Below, piece after piece: positions 9,798-19,132 of a stretch of 64,000 nucleotides of DNA. The notes under the pieces are model-generated. The model did no database searches and was not told the origin of the DNA. It worked only from the letters and a program-made list of their open reading frames with translations. A program made the translations under genes and the position numbers. The stretch covers positions 128,663 to 192,662 of the forward strand of contig CAZJEO010000001.1 in assembly GCA_964545065.1 (NCBI GenBank), given 5' to 3'. Position 1 is the first letter of the stretch; each line of letters begins with the position of its first letter. This DNA comes from Candidatus Woesearchaeota archaeon (GTDB taxonomy: Archaea; Nanobdellota; Nanobdellia; Pacearchaeales; GW2011-AR1).

Positions 9798-11525
9798 TTA
9801 TAAAAAATCTATAAACTTTTTCAATCTAGACCTAATCGCATTTGGTTGCCTCTTAAATATTCTTGCTAATGTTTGAATTGGAACGTTTTTAGAAAACAAT
9901 TTTTTCAATTTTTCATCTTCTTCTTCATTCCAAGGTTCGTAAGCATTTGGAAATTCTTCTTTAATTTGATTTAATCTTTTATGATAATCTGTTTTTATGT
10001 TAAATTTCTTATCCACTATTCTTTTCTTAGCAGGAGTTATTATAGAATCAAGATTATTCTCTTGTGCATGTTTTTTAATAACTTCTAAAAATAAATCTCC
10101 AAATTTTTCTAACTTCTCTTCTCCAACTCCCCAAATTTCTAATAAAGTATCTTTATTTTTTGGGAAACAAGATGCCATTTCTTGTAAAGACTTATTTTGA
10201 AATATTGTATAAACTGGATTTCCATTGGCAAGATCTTTTCTTAAATTGCTTAATTTATTAAATAAATTTTGATCATAATCCCAAGTCATGATCTTTTCTT
10301 TTTCTTTAGTTTTCAGAAAATTGTCTCTCTCTATTTCTGGGAGTTCTAAACAGATATCACAGCCTTCACAATTATTCTCTAAAAAGTTTTCACCAAAATA
10401 TTCTAAGATATACTTTCTTCTACAAAAATTATGTTCGCAATAATCCATCATTTTTCTCAATTGATCTCTGCTCTTCTTTTGAGCAAATTCATCCATGATT
10501 TGTTTAATGAAAAATTCATGTTTCCTTTTATCTCCCCTTGAATAGAATAAAACGCAATCACTTGTAAGACCATCACGCCCAGCCCTACCAATCTCTTGAT
10601 AATAACTTTCAAGTGTTCTTGAAAAAGTATGATGAATAATCAACCTAACATCTGGCTTATCAATTCCCATTCCAAATGCAATTGTAGCCACAATAATATT
10701 TACTTTATTTTTAATAAATGATTCTTGATTCTGTTTTCTTGTTTCATTATTAAGTCCTGCATGGTATGGAAGAGCATTAAATCCATGTTCATTTAACTTT
10801 TGGGCAATATTTTCAGAATCTTTACGAGAAAAACAATAAATAATTATTGATCCATCTTTTTGTTTATTAATTAAATTTAAAATTTTATAGAATGTATCCT
10901 TTTTCTCCGTGACAATTAAATTAAGATTTTTTCTGTTAAAACTTGAAACAAATATTGCTGGATTTTTTAGAGATAATTGTTTTAATATATCTTTTCTTAC
11001 TTTTTCTGTGGCTGTTGCAGTTAAAGCAATTATAGGAATTTTTGGAAAAATTATTTTCAGAAATTTTAAATTTCTATATTCTTGTCTAAAATCATGCCCC
11101 CATTCAGAAATACAATGAGCTTCATCAATAGCAATTAAATTTATTTCCAACCTTAATAAAAATAATTTGAATTCTTCTAAAGCTAATCTTTCAGGAGCAA
11201 TATAAAGAATCTTTGTTTCTTTCTTTTCTATTTTTTCTTGGATATTCTGCATTTCTTCAGGTGATAGTGAGGAGTTAATATATTCAGCATTAATTCCTTT
11301 TATCTTGAGAGCGTCTACTTGATCTTTCATAAGAGAAATAAGAGGAGATATAACAAGTGTAAGTCCTTCAAATTTTAATGCGGGAAGTTGATAACAAAGA
11401 GATTTTCCTCCCCCAGTTGACATAAGGACAAACGTATCTTTCTTTTTGAGAACATTTTTTATAATATCTTCTTGCATTGGTTTAAAGTCATCATGGCCAA
11501 AATATTTCTTTAGTAATGTCCTCAT
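9798..11525 (-). CDS. recQ: RecQ family helicase with HRDC domain and C-terminal helical extension
   Basis: TGGGKSLCYQ, DEAHCISEWGHDFR, YYQEIGRAGRDG, Zn cysteines, HRDC (GVGEEKLEKFG). Confidence 0.9.
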   Translation of the reverse strand: MRTLLKKYFGHDDFKPMQEDIIKNVLKKKDTFVLMSTGGGKSLCYQLPALKFEGLTLVISPLISLMKDQVDALKIKGINAEYINSSLSPEEMQNIQEKIEKKETKILYIAPERLALEEFKLFLLRLEINLIAIDEAHCISEWGHDFRQEYRNLKFLKIIFPKIPIIALTATATEKVRKDILKQLSLKNPAIFVSSFNRKNLNLIVTEKKDTFYKILNLINKQKDGSIIIYCFSRKDSENIAQKLNEHGFNALPYHAGLNNETRKQNQESFIKNKVNIIVATIAFGMGIDKPDVRLIIHHTFSRTLESYYQEIGRAGRDGLTSDCVLFYSRGDKRKHEFFIKQIMDEFAQKKSRDQLRKMMDYCEHNFCRRKYILEYFGENFLENNCEGCDICLELPEIERDNFLKTKEKEKIMTWDYDQNLFNKLSNLRKDLANGNPVYTIFQNKSLQEMASCFPKNKDTLLEIWGVGEEKLEKFGDLFLEVIKKHAQENNLDSIITPAKKRIVDKKFNIKTDYHKRLNQIKEEFPNAYEPWNEEEDEKLKKLFSKNVPIQTLARIFKRQPNAIRSRLKKFIDFL

Positions 11526-11547
11526 TAATTTCTAATAATCTCTTCCA

Positions 11548-11565
11548 TTTATACGCTTTTCGATT
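11548..11565. repeat. 18-bp direct repeat, copy 1 (BRE/TATA-like on minus strand)
   Basis: TTTATACGCTTTTCGATT, identical at 12625-12642. Confidence 0.75.
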
Positions 11566-11621
11566 CAACCAAAAGTTTTAAATAAGTGGAAGATAAATCT
11601 ATTATCTAGGAAGTATAAAAT

Positions 11622-12521
11622 ATGCTAAGAAAAATACTGCTAATGGGAATTATTGTGATATTTCTCATGTCAATAGTGCCAATAGTATCGGCAATGGAGC
11701 TTACAGGATATTGTGTTAAGTGTAAAGAAAAGACAGAAATGAACAAGGCAGAACTGGTTGAAGGCATAGCCTCGGATGCAGGGTTAACAAAAGCCGATGC
11801 AAGAAGATCCAAATATTCAAATATTGTACTTAAACGAGGCTCAGTTTTTTCTCCTGATAACGGGGAAGACATCCCACAAATGAACAAGGCAGAACTAATT
11901 GAAGCAATTGCTTCATCTGCGAATCTTCCAGAAGCTGATACCGAAAGAGCTTTAGACGCCTTTGTCGGCGCCACTACTAAATCGCTAAGGGGCGGTAATA
12001 GAGTAGCTTTAGTCGGATTCGGTTCTTTCTCAATTTCTAAGCGTAAAGCAAGGACCGGAAGAAATCCTCAAGCAGTTGTAAATGGAGCCGTTAACCCAGG
12101 AATAGAACTTGTAAGAGGAGTTGTAGAATTCAAAGCTGGCGACAGACCTTTTCTGCCTAATGTGGAATATACTACAACAGAAGATATTGCAACAGAAATG
12201 GTCAGTATGAGTCTTAGTGGAGATATCGGCGAACAACAAGGTCTCACCGAAGAACAAGCGAGGCAGTTCATGGACAGTTTCGTAAATGTGACCCTGAGCA
12301 CACTCCAAACAGGAATAGCAGTAAATGTGGGTGAGGATTTTGGAACATTTAGTGTTACATTGAGCAATGCTAAAATTCATGAAACAAAAAATGGAAAAAC
12401 AATTCGGACGCCACCAATAGGACATGTTGACCATGGGAAAGACATACCACTTATAGGTGATAAACTTCAAAAGGTGGTTAAATTCAAAGCTGGCGCAGAT
12501 CTTGCCAAGACGGTGGCTTAG
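11622..12521 (+). CDS. Signal-peptide-bearing tandem HU/IHF-fold mosaic protein
   Basis: Signal peptide ending VSA; MNKAEL twice; LVGFGSF...RTGRNPQ; two FKAG motifs. Confidence 0.8.
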   Translation: MLRKILLMGIIVIFLMSIVPIVSAMELTGYCVKCKEKTEMNKAELVEGIASDAGLTKADARRSKYSNIVLKRGSVFSPDNGEDIPQMNKAELIEAIASSANLPEADTERALDAFVGATTKSLRGGNRVALVGFGSFSISKRKARTGRNPQAVVNGAVNPGIELVRGVVEFKAGDRPFLPNVEYTTTEDIATEMVSMSLSGDIGEQQGLTEEQARQFMDSFVNVTLSTLQTGIAVNVGEDFGTFSVTLSNAKIHETKNGKTIRTPPIGHVDHGKDIPLIGDKLQKVVKFKAGADLAKTVA

Positions 12522-12624
12522 AAGATTTTACTTAAACTCTCACTCTTTCTCCAGTATCAATATCAATTGTATCATAATAAATGCCCAAATTCTTTTGTGC
12601 ATAAATTTCGTAAGCCCAAAAACC

Positions 12625-12642
12625 TTTATACGCTTTTCGATT
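12625..12642. repeat. 18-bp direct repeat, copy 2
   Basis: Identical to 11548-11565. Confidence 0.75.
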
Positions 12643-12708
12643 TCAAAGAAAAATCCCCAAGGAATAGAAATAATTTTTTAACTCCCTACTATTTTAACGA
12701 AAGTCTAA

Positions 12709-13077
12709 TTAGTGCATGCTTACACTTACGTTTTTCATAAATCTCACTTGATCATTTTCAAGAATTTGATATTTCTTTTCCCAGCTTGGCCCTGATGTTT
12801 GTATGTATATTATTAATTCATCAGCAGTAAGAGGTATAATTTTATGATCAGAAGGTCCCAATTTATAATTACTAATCCTGGTTACATCTCCCTCTATTCT
12901 TACATATTTATCAAAAAGATCATCTATAGTAGCAACTCTAAGATAGGCTGATTCATCATCACTATCACTAATGCTAAGAAGGACATTTCTGAATACTGCT
13001 TCACGAAAAGTTGCATCTTTATGCATTCTTTGAATTTTATCCTCAGGCAATTTTCTTAAATATTCTGCCACTACCAT
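12709..13077 (-). CDS. Hypothetical protein
   Basis: 122-aa ORF with TTTATAAA about 25 bp upstream. Confidence 0.6.
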   Translation of the reverse strand: MVVAEYLRKLPEDKIQRMHKDATFREAVFRNVLLSISDSDDESAYLRVATIDDLFDKYVRIEGDVTRISNYKLGPSDHKIIPLTADELIIYIQTSGPSWEKKYQILENDQVRFMKNVSVSMH

Positions 13078-13130
13078 AATTTCGGATTATCGTAGTAGAT
13101 TTATAAATCTTTTGAGGAAACCCTTCCCTT

Positions 13131-13226
13131 CCCAAAACCCTTAAATATCCCCTTCCCCTAAAACAATCATGGCAGAGGCGAAGCTCAATGCATTAAAACT
13201 TGGTTTAGCTGGAGGAATAGTTGGAG
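13131..13226 (+). pseudogene. Duplicated promoter and 5' fragment of the 14023 gene
   Basis: Matches 13984-14080; encodes MAEAKLNALKLGLAGGIVG and then runs into the antisense strand of the methyltransferase. Confidence 0.85.
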
Positions 13227-13228
13227 TA

Positions 13229-13921
13229 TTACTTCTTTCTACAAATAAACATCGCTCTTCTTTTTTTATCAAAAAAGACGGTTTCAAGAACCTTGAAATC
13301 CTTAGATAAACTCTTTTTTATCTTTTCAACAGGATAAATGAACTCATCATATCTATCTTTTTCAATTTGATAAAGACCGCTTTTTACTTTCTTAAAATAT
13401 GTTGTATCCCATGTTAATTTATTTCCATTAACAATCATATTGTCATAAACATATCCTGTTGGAGTTTCTTCAAGTTTTACTGTCTGTTTTTTCATGTCTT
13501 CCAAATGCTTCTGGGTGCGCATATCAAAGATGAATAATCCATTATCGTTAAGATGGTCATAAGAATGTTTGAATGTTGACTCCCAATTTTTGAATGGTTT
13601 AACCTCATTAATACATTCGTGCACTGAAAAAATTACATCAAATTTCTCGTTGATTTTGAAACTATCCATGTTTTGAACAACAAGATTAGCATTAGGGGTT
13701 ATCTTTTTTGCAGTTTTAATGTATTCTTTGTTAAGATCTAATCCAACTTTCTTAAATTTTTTGAAATGAAAAAGTACAACACCTAATCCAACACCGAGCT
13801 CTAAAACTGTTTTGGATTTTGGATGATATTTCCTAATAGCGTTAAGAACTCTATCAGCTCTTACTTTAGCTGCTTTCTTGTCAATATTCTTCTCCCATAT
13901 TTTAGTCAAGTCAGATACCAT
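13229..13921 (-). CDS. Class I SAM-dependent methyltransferase
   Basis: VLELGVGLG, GLDLN, FDVIF, LNDNGLFIFD. Confidence 0.85.
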   Translation of the reverse strand: MVSDLTKIWEKNIDKKAAKVRADRVLNAIRKYHPKSKTVLELGVGLGVVLFHFKKFKKVGLDLNKEYIKTAKKITPNANLVVQNMDSFKINEKFDVIFSVHECINEVKPFKNWESTFKHSYDHLNDNGLFIFDMRTQKHLEDMKKQTVKLEETPTGYVYDNMIVNGNKLTWDTTYFKKVKSGLYQIEKDRYDEFIYPVEKIKKSLSKDFKVLETVFFDKKRRAMFICRKK

Positions 13922-14022
13922 ATTTTAATATTACTTCTAGATTAATTAAATCTTTCTCCTTAATCTTTCCTACCCTCTCCTCTCCCAAAACTCTTAAATA
14001 TCCCCTTCCCCATAACATAAAC

Positions 14023-14286
14023 ATGGCAGAGGCGAAGCTTAATGCATTAAAACTTGGTTTAGCTGGCGGGATAGTTGGAGCCATCGTGGTCTTTTGTTCT
14101 ACTCTTTTGGGCGTCTATGGATTTTCTCAAGCGGCTGATTCTATGGCTAACACAATGTGGGCGAATTATGGCTATAGTGTAACATGGGGCGGTGCTTTTA
14201 TTGGATTAATAATTGGATTTGCATATGCTTTTGTTTTAGTATGGGTTGTTGCAATGATTTATAATCGGCTTTTGAAGAAGAAATAA
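14023..14286 (+). CDS. Small membrane protein
   Basis: Two hydrophobic segments; GYSVTWGGAFIG. Confidence 0.75.
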   Translation: MAEAKLNALKLGLAGGIVGAIVVFCSTLLGVYGFSQAADSMANTMWANYGYSVTWGGAFIGLIIGFAYAFVLVWVVAMIYNRLLKKK

Positions 14287-14342
14287 TTATTGAGGCGGAA
14301 AAGAATATAAATTAATTTAAATTACATTTTTCTTTATTAGAT

Positions 14343-14984
14343 ATGAAACTAGAAAAAATTAATTCCAGACTAAAACAAAAAGATACATTGGATATTATAA
14401 AATGGTCTTATGATACATTTAAAGATTCGTTGATTATGACATCAAGTTTTGGGAAATACTCTGCTGTAATGTTGCACTTGGTTAAACAAATTGTTCCAGA
14501 CATTCCTGTTATTTTTATAGATACAGGATATTTAACTCAAGAGACTTATTTTTTTGCTGAAAAACTCAGGAAGGATATGGATTTGAATCTTTATGTTTAT
14601 AGCTCAAAGAGAACAACTGCTATGCAAGAGTGTGTTGAAGGGTTGCGGTGGAAGGATGAAAAAAGTAAAGAATTTATGGAATTCAAATATGAGGTAAAAG
14701 TTGAACCATTAGAGAGAGCATTAGTTGATTTAGATGTAAAAGCATGGCTGTCAGGAGTAAAAAAAGTTGATAGTGAATATAGAAATAATTTTAACATAGT
14801 TATGAAGGATAAAAGCTTGTATGAAATTCGCCCAATATTTTATTGGACTAAAGAAGAAGTAAAAAAATATGTGTCAAAAAATAATCTTGTGATTAATGAA
14901 AATTATTTTGATATTTGTAAGGGGAAAAAACAGGAAGAGGAATGTGGAATTCATTGTATGAGAGGTAATGGTGAAGGAATATGA
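14343..14984 (+). CDS. PAPS/APS reductase family protein
   Basis: TSSFG, IDTGYL, KVEPL, C-terminal ECGIH. Confidence 0.8.
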   Translation: MKLEKINSRLKQKDTLDIIKWSYDTFKDSLIMTSSFGKYSAVMLHLVKQIVPDIPVIFIDTGYLTQETYFFAEKLRKDMDLNLYVYSSKRTTAMQECVEGLRWKDEKSKEFMEFKYEVKVEPLERALVDLDVKAWLSGVKKVDSEYRNNFNIVMKDKSLYEIRPIFYWTKEEVKKYVSKNNLVINENYFDICKGKKQEEECGIHCMRGNGEGI

Positions 14985-15024
14985 TTTGGATAACATTTAA
15001 TAATTAATTATTTCTTCTCTTTTC

Positions 15025-15837
15025 ATGCAAATAGAAAACAAAGTAACCCAAACCCTCTCTAAAATAAAATTGTCCAAAAAAGAAAAGATAGTTGTAGCTT
15101 TGTCTGGAGGAAAGGATTCTGCTGTGACTTGTTATGTTTTGAAGAAGGCTGGATATAATATTGAAGGATTTCATATTAATCTTAGTATGGGGGAGTATAG
15201 TGAGAAATGTTTGAAAGCTGTACAGGATTTGTGTAAGCAGTTGGGAATAAAACTTCATGTTTATGATATTAAAAAAGAGATGGGAAGTGGGATGTGTTAT
15301 CTTCGAAGTGCGATTCAATCCGGGCATGGGAAGGGGTTGAAGAATTGCGCGATTTGTGGTGTGATAAAAAAATGGATTATGAATCGGGAGGCGCGAAGAT
15401 TAAAAGCTAGTAAAATTGCTACAGGGCATAATCTTGATGATGAAGCGCAAACATTTTTGATTAATATTCTGAAAGGTTCTCCTGAATTGAGTTTAAATTC
15501 TGGAGCAATTAGTAAAAATAATGAAGACAAAAAGTTTATTCCAAGAATAAAACCTTTGTTTTATATTCCTGAAGAAGGAGTTCGAAAATATTCAAAAAAA
15601 GAAAAGTTACCTGTTGTTTATGATAAGTGTCCTTGTGCTTTAGATTCTTATAGGATACAAGTTAGGAAATTTATGAACACCATGCCAGACAAAGACAAGT
15701 TGAATATTTTGAAAAATGCTGAAAGAGTTTTGGGTAGAATAAAGAAAGAGGAAAAAGAGGTTAGTTATTGCAAGACTTGTGGAGAACCTGCTCGGAAAGA
15801 AATTTGTAAAATGTGTGAGTTGATGCAGTTGAAATAA
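15025..15837 (+). CDS. tRNA 2-thiolation ATPase, TtcA/TtuA/Ncs6 family
   Basis: SGGKDS PP-loop, CAIC, TGHNLDD, CP, C-terminal zinc finger. Confidence 0.85.
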   Translation: MQIENKVTQTLSKIKLSKKEKIVVALSGGKDSAVTCYVLKKAGYNIEGFHINLSMGEYSEKCLKAVQDLCKQLGIKLHVYDIKKEMGSGMCYLRSAIQSGHGKGLKNCAICGVIKKWIMNREARRLKASKIATGHNLDDEAQTFLINILKGSPELSLNSGAISKNNEDKKFIPRIKPLFYIPEEGVRKYSKKEKLPVVYDKCPCALDSYRIQVRKFMNTMPDKDKLNILKNAERVLGRIKKEEKEVSYCKTCGEPARKEICKMCELMQLK

Positions 15838-16134
15838 TTATTTCTTACCATTAAGAGCCAATTTCCAAAGATTTTCAGCTCTAGTATTCCTAGATAATGT
15901 AATTGCATATCCAATTTCTTCAATTCGTTCATAACTGTATGCCTCTCTAATTCTGTCCCCAATTGAAAGACCATTACCAACTTCTGGATCAGAATTATTC
16001 ACTCGAGATATAACTGGGAGCATTATCCTTAACTCTTCATTTATCCTTACATTACGATCATTACTCTTTACGATATAAGAAACCTCATCAATACCTTGAA
16101 ATGTAACTACTTTTGTTTGAATTCCTTGACTCAT
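15838..16134 (-). CDS. Hypothetical protein
   Basis: 98-aa ORF with TATA-like sequence upstream. Confidence 0.5.
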   Translation of the reverse strand: MSQGIQTKVVTFQGIDEVSYIVKSNDRNVRINEELRIMLPVISRVNNSDPEVGNGLSIGDRIREAYSYERIEEIGYAITLSRNTRAENLWKLALNGKK

Positions 16135-16187
16135 TTAATTAAAACATAAAACTCATATATAAACATTTTTGCTTTCTACCATCTATG

Positions 16188-16463
16188 TTATTTTTTCTTC
16201 TTAGATTTTTTCTTAGCTGGTTTGTTTTTGTTTTTCACAACTGGCGCAGGCTTCATGTGTGAGAACACAAAGATGTAAAGTATTGGAAGCACACCAACTG
16301 TGTTAAATAACGCTAAGATAATAAACCAAACTATGGAACCTTTTCTTGCTGATTTCCATAATGCGAGAAGTTTCCAAGTCAGAGTCCAAGCTAGGATTAC
16401 TACAAGCAACCAAATTGACATTCCAATTTCTTCTGCAATTAAGTTAAAATATTCTGATGCCAT
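16188..16463 (-). CDS. DUF5652-like membrane protein
   Basis: WKLLALWKSAR...WFI...NTVGVLPILY pattern; Lys-rich tail. Confidence 0.7.
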   Translation of the reverse strand: MASEYFNLIAEEIGMSIWLLVVILAWTLTWKLLALWKSARKGSIVWFIILALFNTVGVLPILYIFVFSHMKPAPVVKNKNKPAKKKSKKKK

Positions 16464-16585
16464 CTCTTTTAATAATTAAGAAAGGGAAAATGAGTTTAAA
16501 AAAGTTTTTATAAATATTTTAGATTGTCATCCTCATGAAGTAGAGATAAAAGTTTAAATAGTAGTTATTCTATATTTTTGTTACG

Positions 16586-16632
16586 ATACAACTTATTGTA
16601 ACTAAATGTTACAGATATACAACATCTTGTAT
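16586..16632 (+). promoter_or_regulatory. Tandem NrdR boxes
   Basis: ATACAACTTATTGTAA (16586) and ATACAACATCTTGTAT (16617): palindromic, 31 bp apart, downstream of TTTAAATA at 16553. Confidence 0.75.
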
Positions 16633-16653
16633 GTTTGATAGTATCTTAAAAAG

Positions 16654-17088
16654 ATGGATTGTCCATATTGTGAGGACAGCAAATCCAAAGTGACGAACAA
16701 ACGTAAGTCGCTCGATTCCATAAGACGAAGAAGAGAATGTCTAAAATGTGGAAAGAGATTCACGACTTATGAAACAATCGCCAGAGAAGATTTGTATGTT
16801 GTCAAAAAAGATAAGAGCAGAGAAAAGTTTAGTGTGGAAAAACTTGCTGCTGGAATAGAAAAGGCGTTTGAGAAACGTCCGGTTGCAAAAGAGGAAATTG
16901 ACAAAATGATACATGAGATTGAAGAACAATTGAGGAAAAAGGGGAAGGAAGTTAAGAGTTCTGTTATCGGAGAGTTGATTATGCGAAAGATTAAGAAGCT
17001 TGACAATGTTGCGTTCATTAGATTTGCTTCTGTTTATAGAGATTTTCAAGATGTTAAAGATTTTAGAAAGGAGTTGAAGGAGTTATAA
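16654..17088 (+). CDS. nrdR: Transcriptional repressor NrdR
   Basis: MDCPYC...IRRRRECLKC..RFTTYE zinc ribbon, ATP cone, IRFASVY. Confidence 0.95.
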   Translation: MDCPYCEDSKSKVTNKRKSLDSIRRRRECLKCGKRFTTYETIAREDLYVVKKDKSREKFSVEKLAAGIEKAFEKRPVAKEEIDKMIHEIEEQLRKKGKEVKSSVIGELIMRKIKKLDNVAFIRFASVYRDFQDVKDFRKELKEL

Positions 17089-19124
17089 TGGTAGGAAAAG
17101 TGAGGAAGAGGGATGGGAGTGTTGTTCTTTTTCAGCATGAGAAAATTACAGAAGCGATCTGGAAAGCTGTAAAGGCTGTTGGGGGGCATGACAGAGAAAA
17201 GGCAGAATACTTGTCTAATTTAGTAACAAGTAATCTTGGAAAAAAGCATGGGGATTTAGAGATTCCTGAAGTAGAAGAAGTCCAGGATATGGTTGAAAAA
17301 ACTTTAATTGAAGAGGGGCATGCAAAGGTAGCTAAAGCGTATATTCTTTATCGTAAGAGTCATGAAGAACTCAGGCAGGTTAAAGGATTGTTTGATACAA
17401 TTGAAGCTGTTGACGATTATATAGGATTAAATGATTGGATGGTGAAAGAGAATTCAAACATGGCTTTTTCCTTGCAGGGTTTAAACAATTATGTTGCTAC
17501 TAAGATTATAAGTAATTACTGGATTAGAAGAATTTATCCGGAAGCCATAAGAGAGGCACATGAAAACACTGATTTTCATATACATGATTTAGGAACTCTC
17601 GGGGCTTATTGTGTTGGGTGGGACTTAAAAGATTTATTAATTACTGGGTTTAAGGGTGTGCCTGGAAAGCTAGCGTGCAAGCCTCCAAAACATTTCAGTG
17701 CTGCCTTGGGCCAAATCGTTAATTTCTTTTACACATTGCAAGGAGAAAGTGCAGGAGCCCAAGCATTTTCAAATTTTGATACTCTTTTAGCTCCTTTTGT
17801 AAGGTATGATAATTTAGATTATCAGCAAGTTAAAAAACTTATCAAATCTTTTTTATTTAATATGGCTGTTCCCACAAGGGTTGGATTCCAGACACCTTTT
17901 ACAAATCTTACAATGGATTTGAAAGTTCCAGGATACATGAAAGATGAACCAGTTATTGTTGATGGAAAAATCCAAAAAGAAACATACAAAGAATTTGAAA
18001 CAGAAATGGACATGATTAACAGAGGTTTTGCAGAAGCTATGTTGGAAGGAGATTCTGAGGGAAGGGTCTTTACTTTTCCTATTCCGACTTATAATATTAC
18101 AAAAGATTTTGACTGGGATAATCCAATTTATGAACCACTCTGGGAGATGACTGCAAAATATGGTATACCTTATTTTTCTAATTTTATTAATTCAGATATG
18201 AAACCAGAAGATGCGAGAAGTATGTGTTGTAGATTAAGAATCGACAATACTGAATTAAGAAAAAGGGGAGGGGGGCTTTTTGGAAGTAATCCTTTGACAG
18301 GTTCAATAGGAGTTGTTACAATAAATATGGCTAGAATAGGATTTACTTCCATAGATGAAAAGATTTTCTTAGAAAAACTTTCAAATTTAATGGAACTTGC
18401 GAAAGAAAGTTTAGAGATAAAGAGAAAAGCACTGGAAAAATTTACAGAGATTGGATTATATCCTTATTCTCAGTTTTATTTAAGGAATTTAAAAAAAGCA
18501 TTTGGAGAATATTGGAAAAATCATTTTTCTACAATTGGGTTATTAGGAATGAACGAGGCAATTGTTAATTTTATGCCTGGGGAAAATATAGCCACAGAAA
18601 AAGGAAAAGGGTTTACAATGAAAGTTCTGGAATTTATGAGAGAAAAATTAGAAGAATATCAGAAAGAGACAGGAAATATATATAATCTTGAAGCGACTCC
18701 TGGGGAAGGAACAGCGTATAGATTTGCGAGAAATGATAAAAAAAGATTTGGGAGAATTATTGTGGCTAATGAGAAAATGGTAAGGAGCAATGAAGCGAAA
18801 CCTTATTATACGAATTCGACGCAACTTCCTGTGAATTATACTGATGATTTATTTGAAGCATTAGAATTACAGGATGACTTGCAAACACAATATACCGGGG
18901 GAACAGTTCTTCATAGTTTTGTTGGTGAAAAACTAGATAAAGAAGGAGTAAAATTATTGATTAAAAAAATTGCAGAAAGTTTCAAACTTCCTTATTTTAC
19001 ACTAACTCCAACTTTTTCAATCTGTCCTAAACATGGCTATCTTCATGGGGAGCATGAATATTGTCCTAAGTGTGATCAAGAAAATGGATATGTTGAAAAA
19101 CAGATTGAAACTAAATTTAAATAG
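17088..19124 (+). CDS. nrdD: Class III anaerobic ribonucleotide reductase, main body without the glycyl loop
   Basis: ATP cone, ENSN, HIHDL, YC, RSMCCRL, EATPGE, CPKHG...CPKC. Confidence 0.92.
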   Translation: MVGKVRKRDGSVVLFQHEKITEAIWKAVKAVGGHDREKAEYLSNLVTSNLGKKHGDLEIPEVEEVQDMVEKTLIEEGHAKVAKAYILYRKSHEELRQVKGLFDTIEAVDDYIGLNDWMVKENSNMAFSLQGLNNYVATKIISNYWIRRIYPEAIREAHENTDFHIHDLGTLGAYCVGWDLKDLLITGFKGVPGKLACKPPKHFSAALGQIVNFFYTLQGESAGAQAFSNFDTLLAPFVRYDNLDYQQVKKLIKSFLFNMAVPTRVGFQTPFTNLTMDLKVPGYMKDEPVIVDGKIQKETYKEFETEMDMINRGFAEAMLEGDSEGRVFTFPIPTYNITKDFDWDNPIYEPLWEMTAKYGIPYFSNFINSDMKPEDARSMCCRLRIDNTELRKRGGGLFGSNPLTGSIGVVTINMARIGFTSIDEKIFLEKLSNLMELAKESLEIKRKALEKFTEIGLYPYSQFYLRNLKKAFGEYWKNHFSTIGLLGMNEAIVNFMPGENIATEKGKGFTMKVLEFMREKLEEYQKETGNIYNLEATPGEGTAYRFARNDKKRFGRIIVANEKMVRSNEAKPYYTNSTQLPVNYTDDLFEALELQDDLQTQYTGGTVLHSFVGEKLDKEGVKLLIKKIAESFKLPYFTLTPTFSICPKHGYLHGEHEYCPKCDQENGYVEKQIETKFK

Positions 19125-19132
19125 GAGGAAAA

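Noticed and set aside
12654..12663. TCCCCAAGGA partial match to the micro-element
   Set aside because: Too short and no right end; cannot be told from chance.
12457..12681. 74-aa plus-strand ORF after the HU-like gene
   Set aside because: Overlaps the HU-like gene end, has no motif and no clear promoter or ribosome site.
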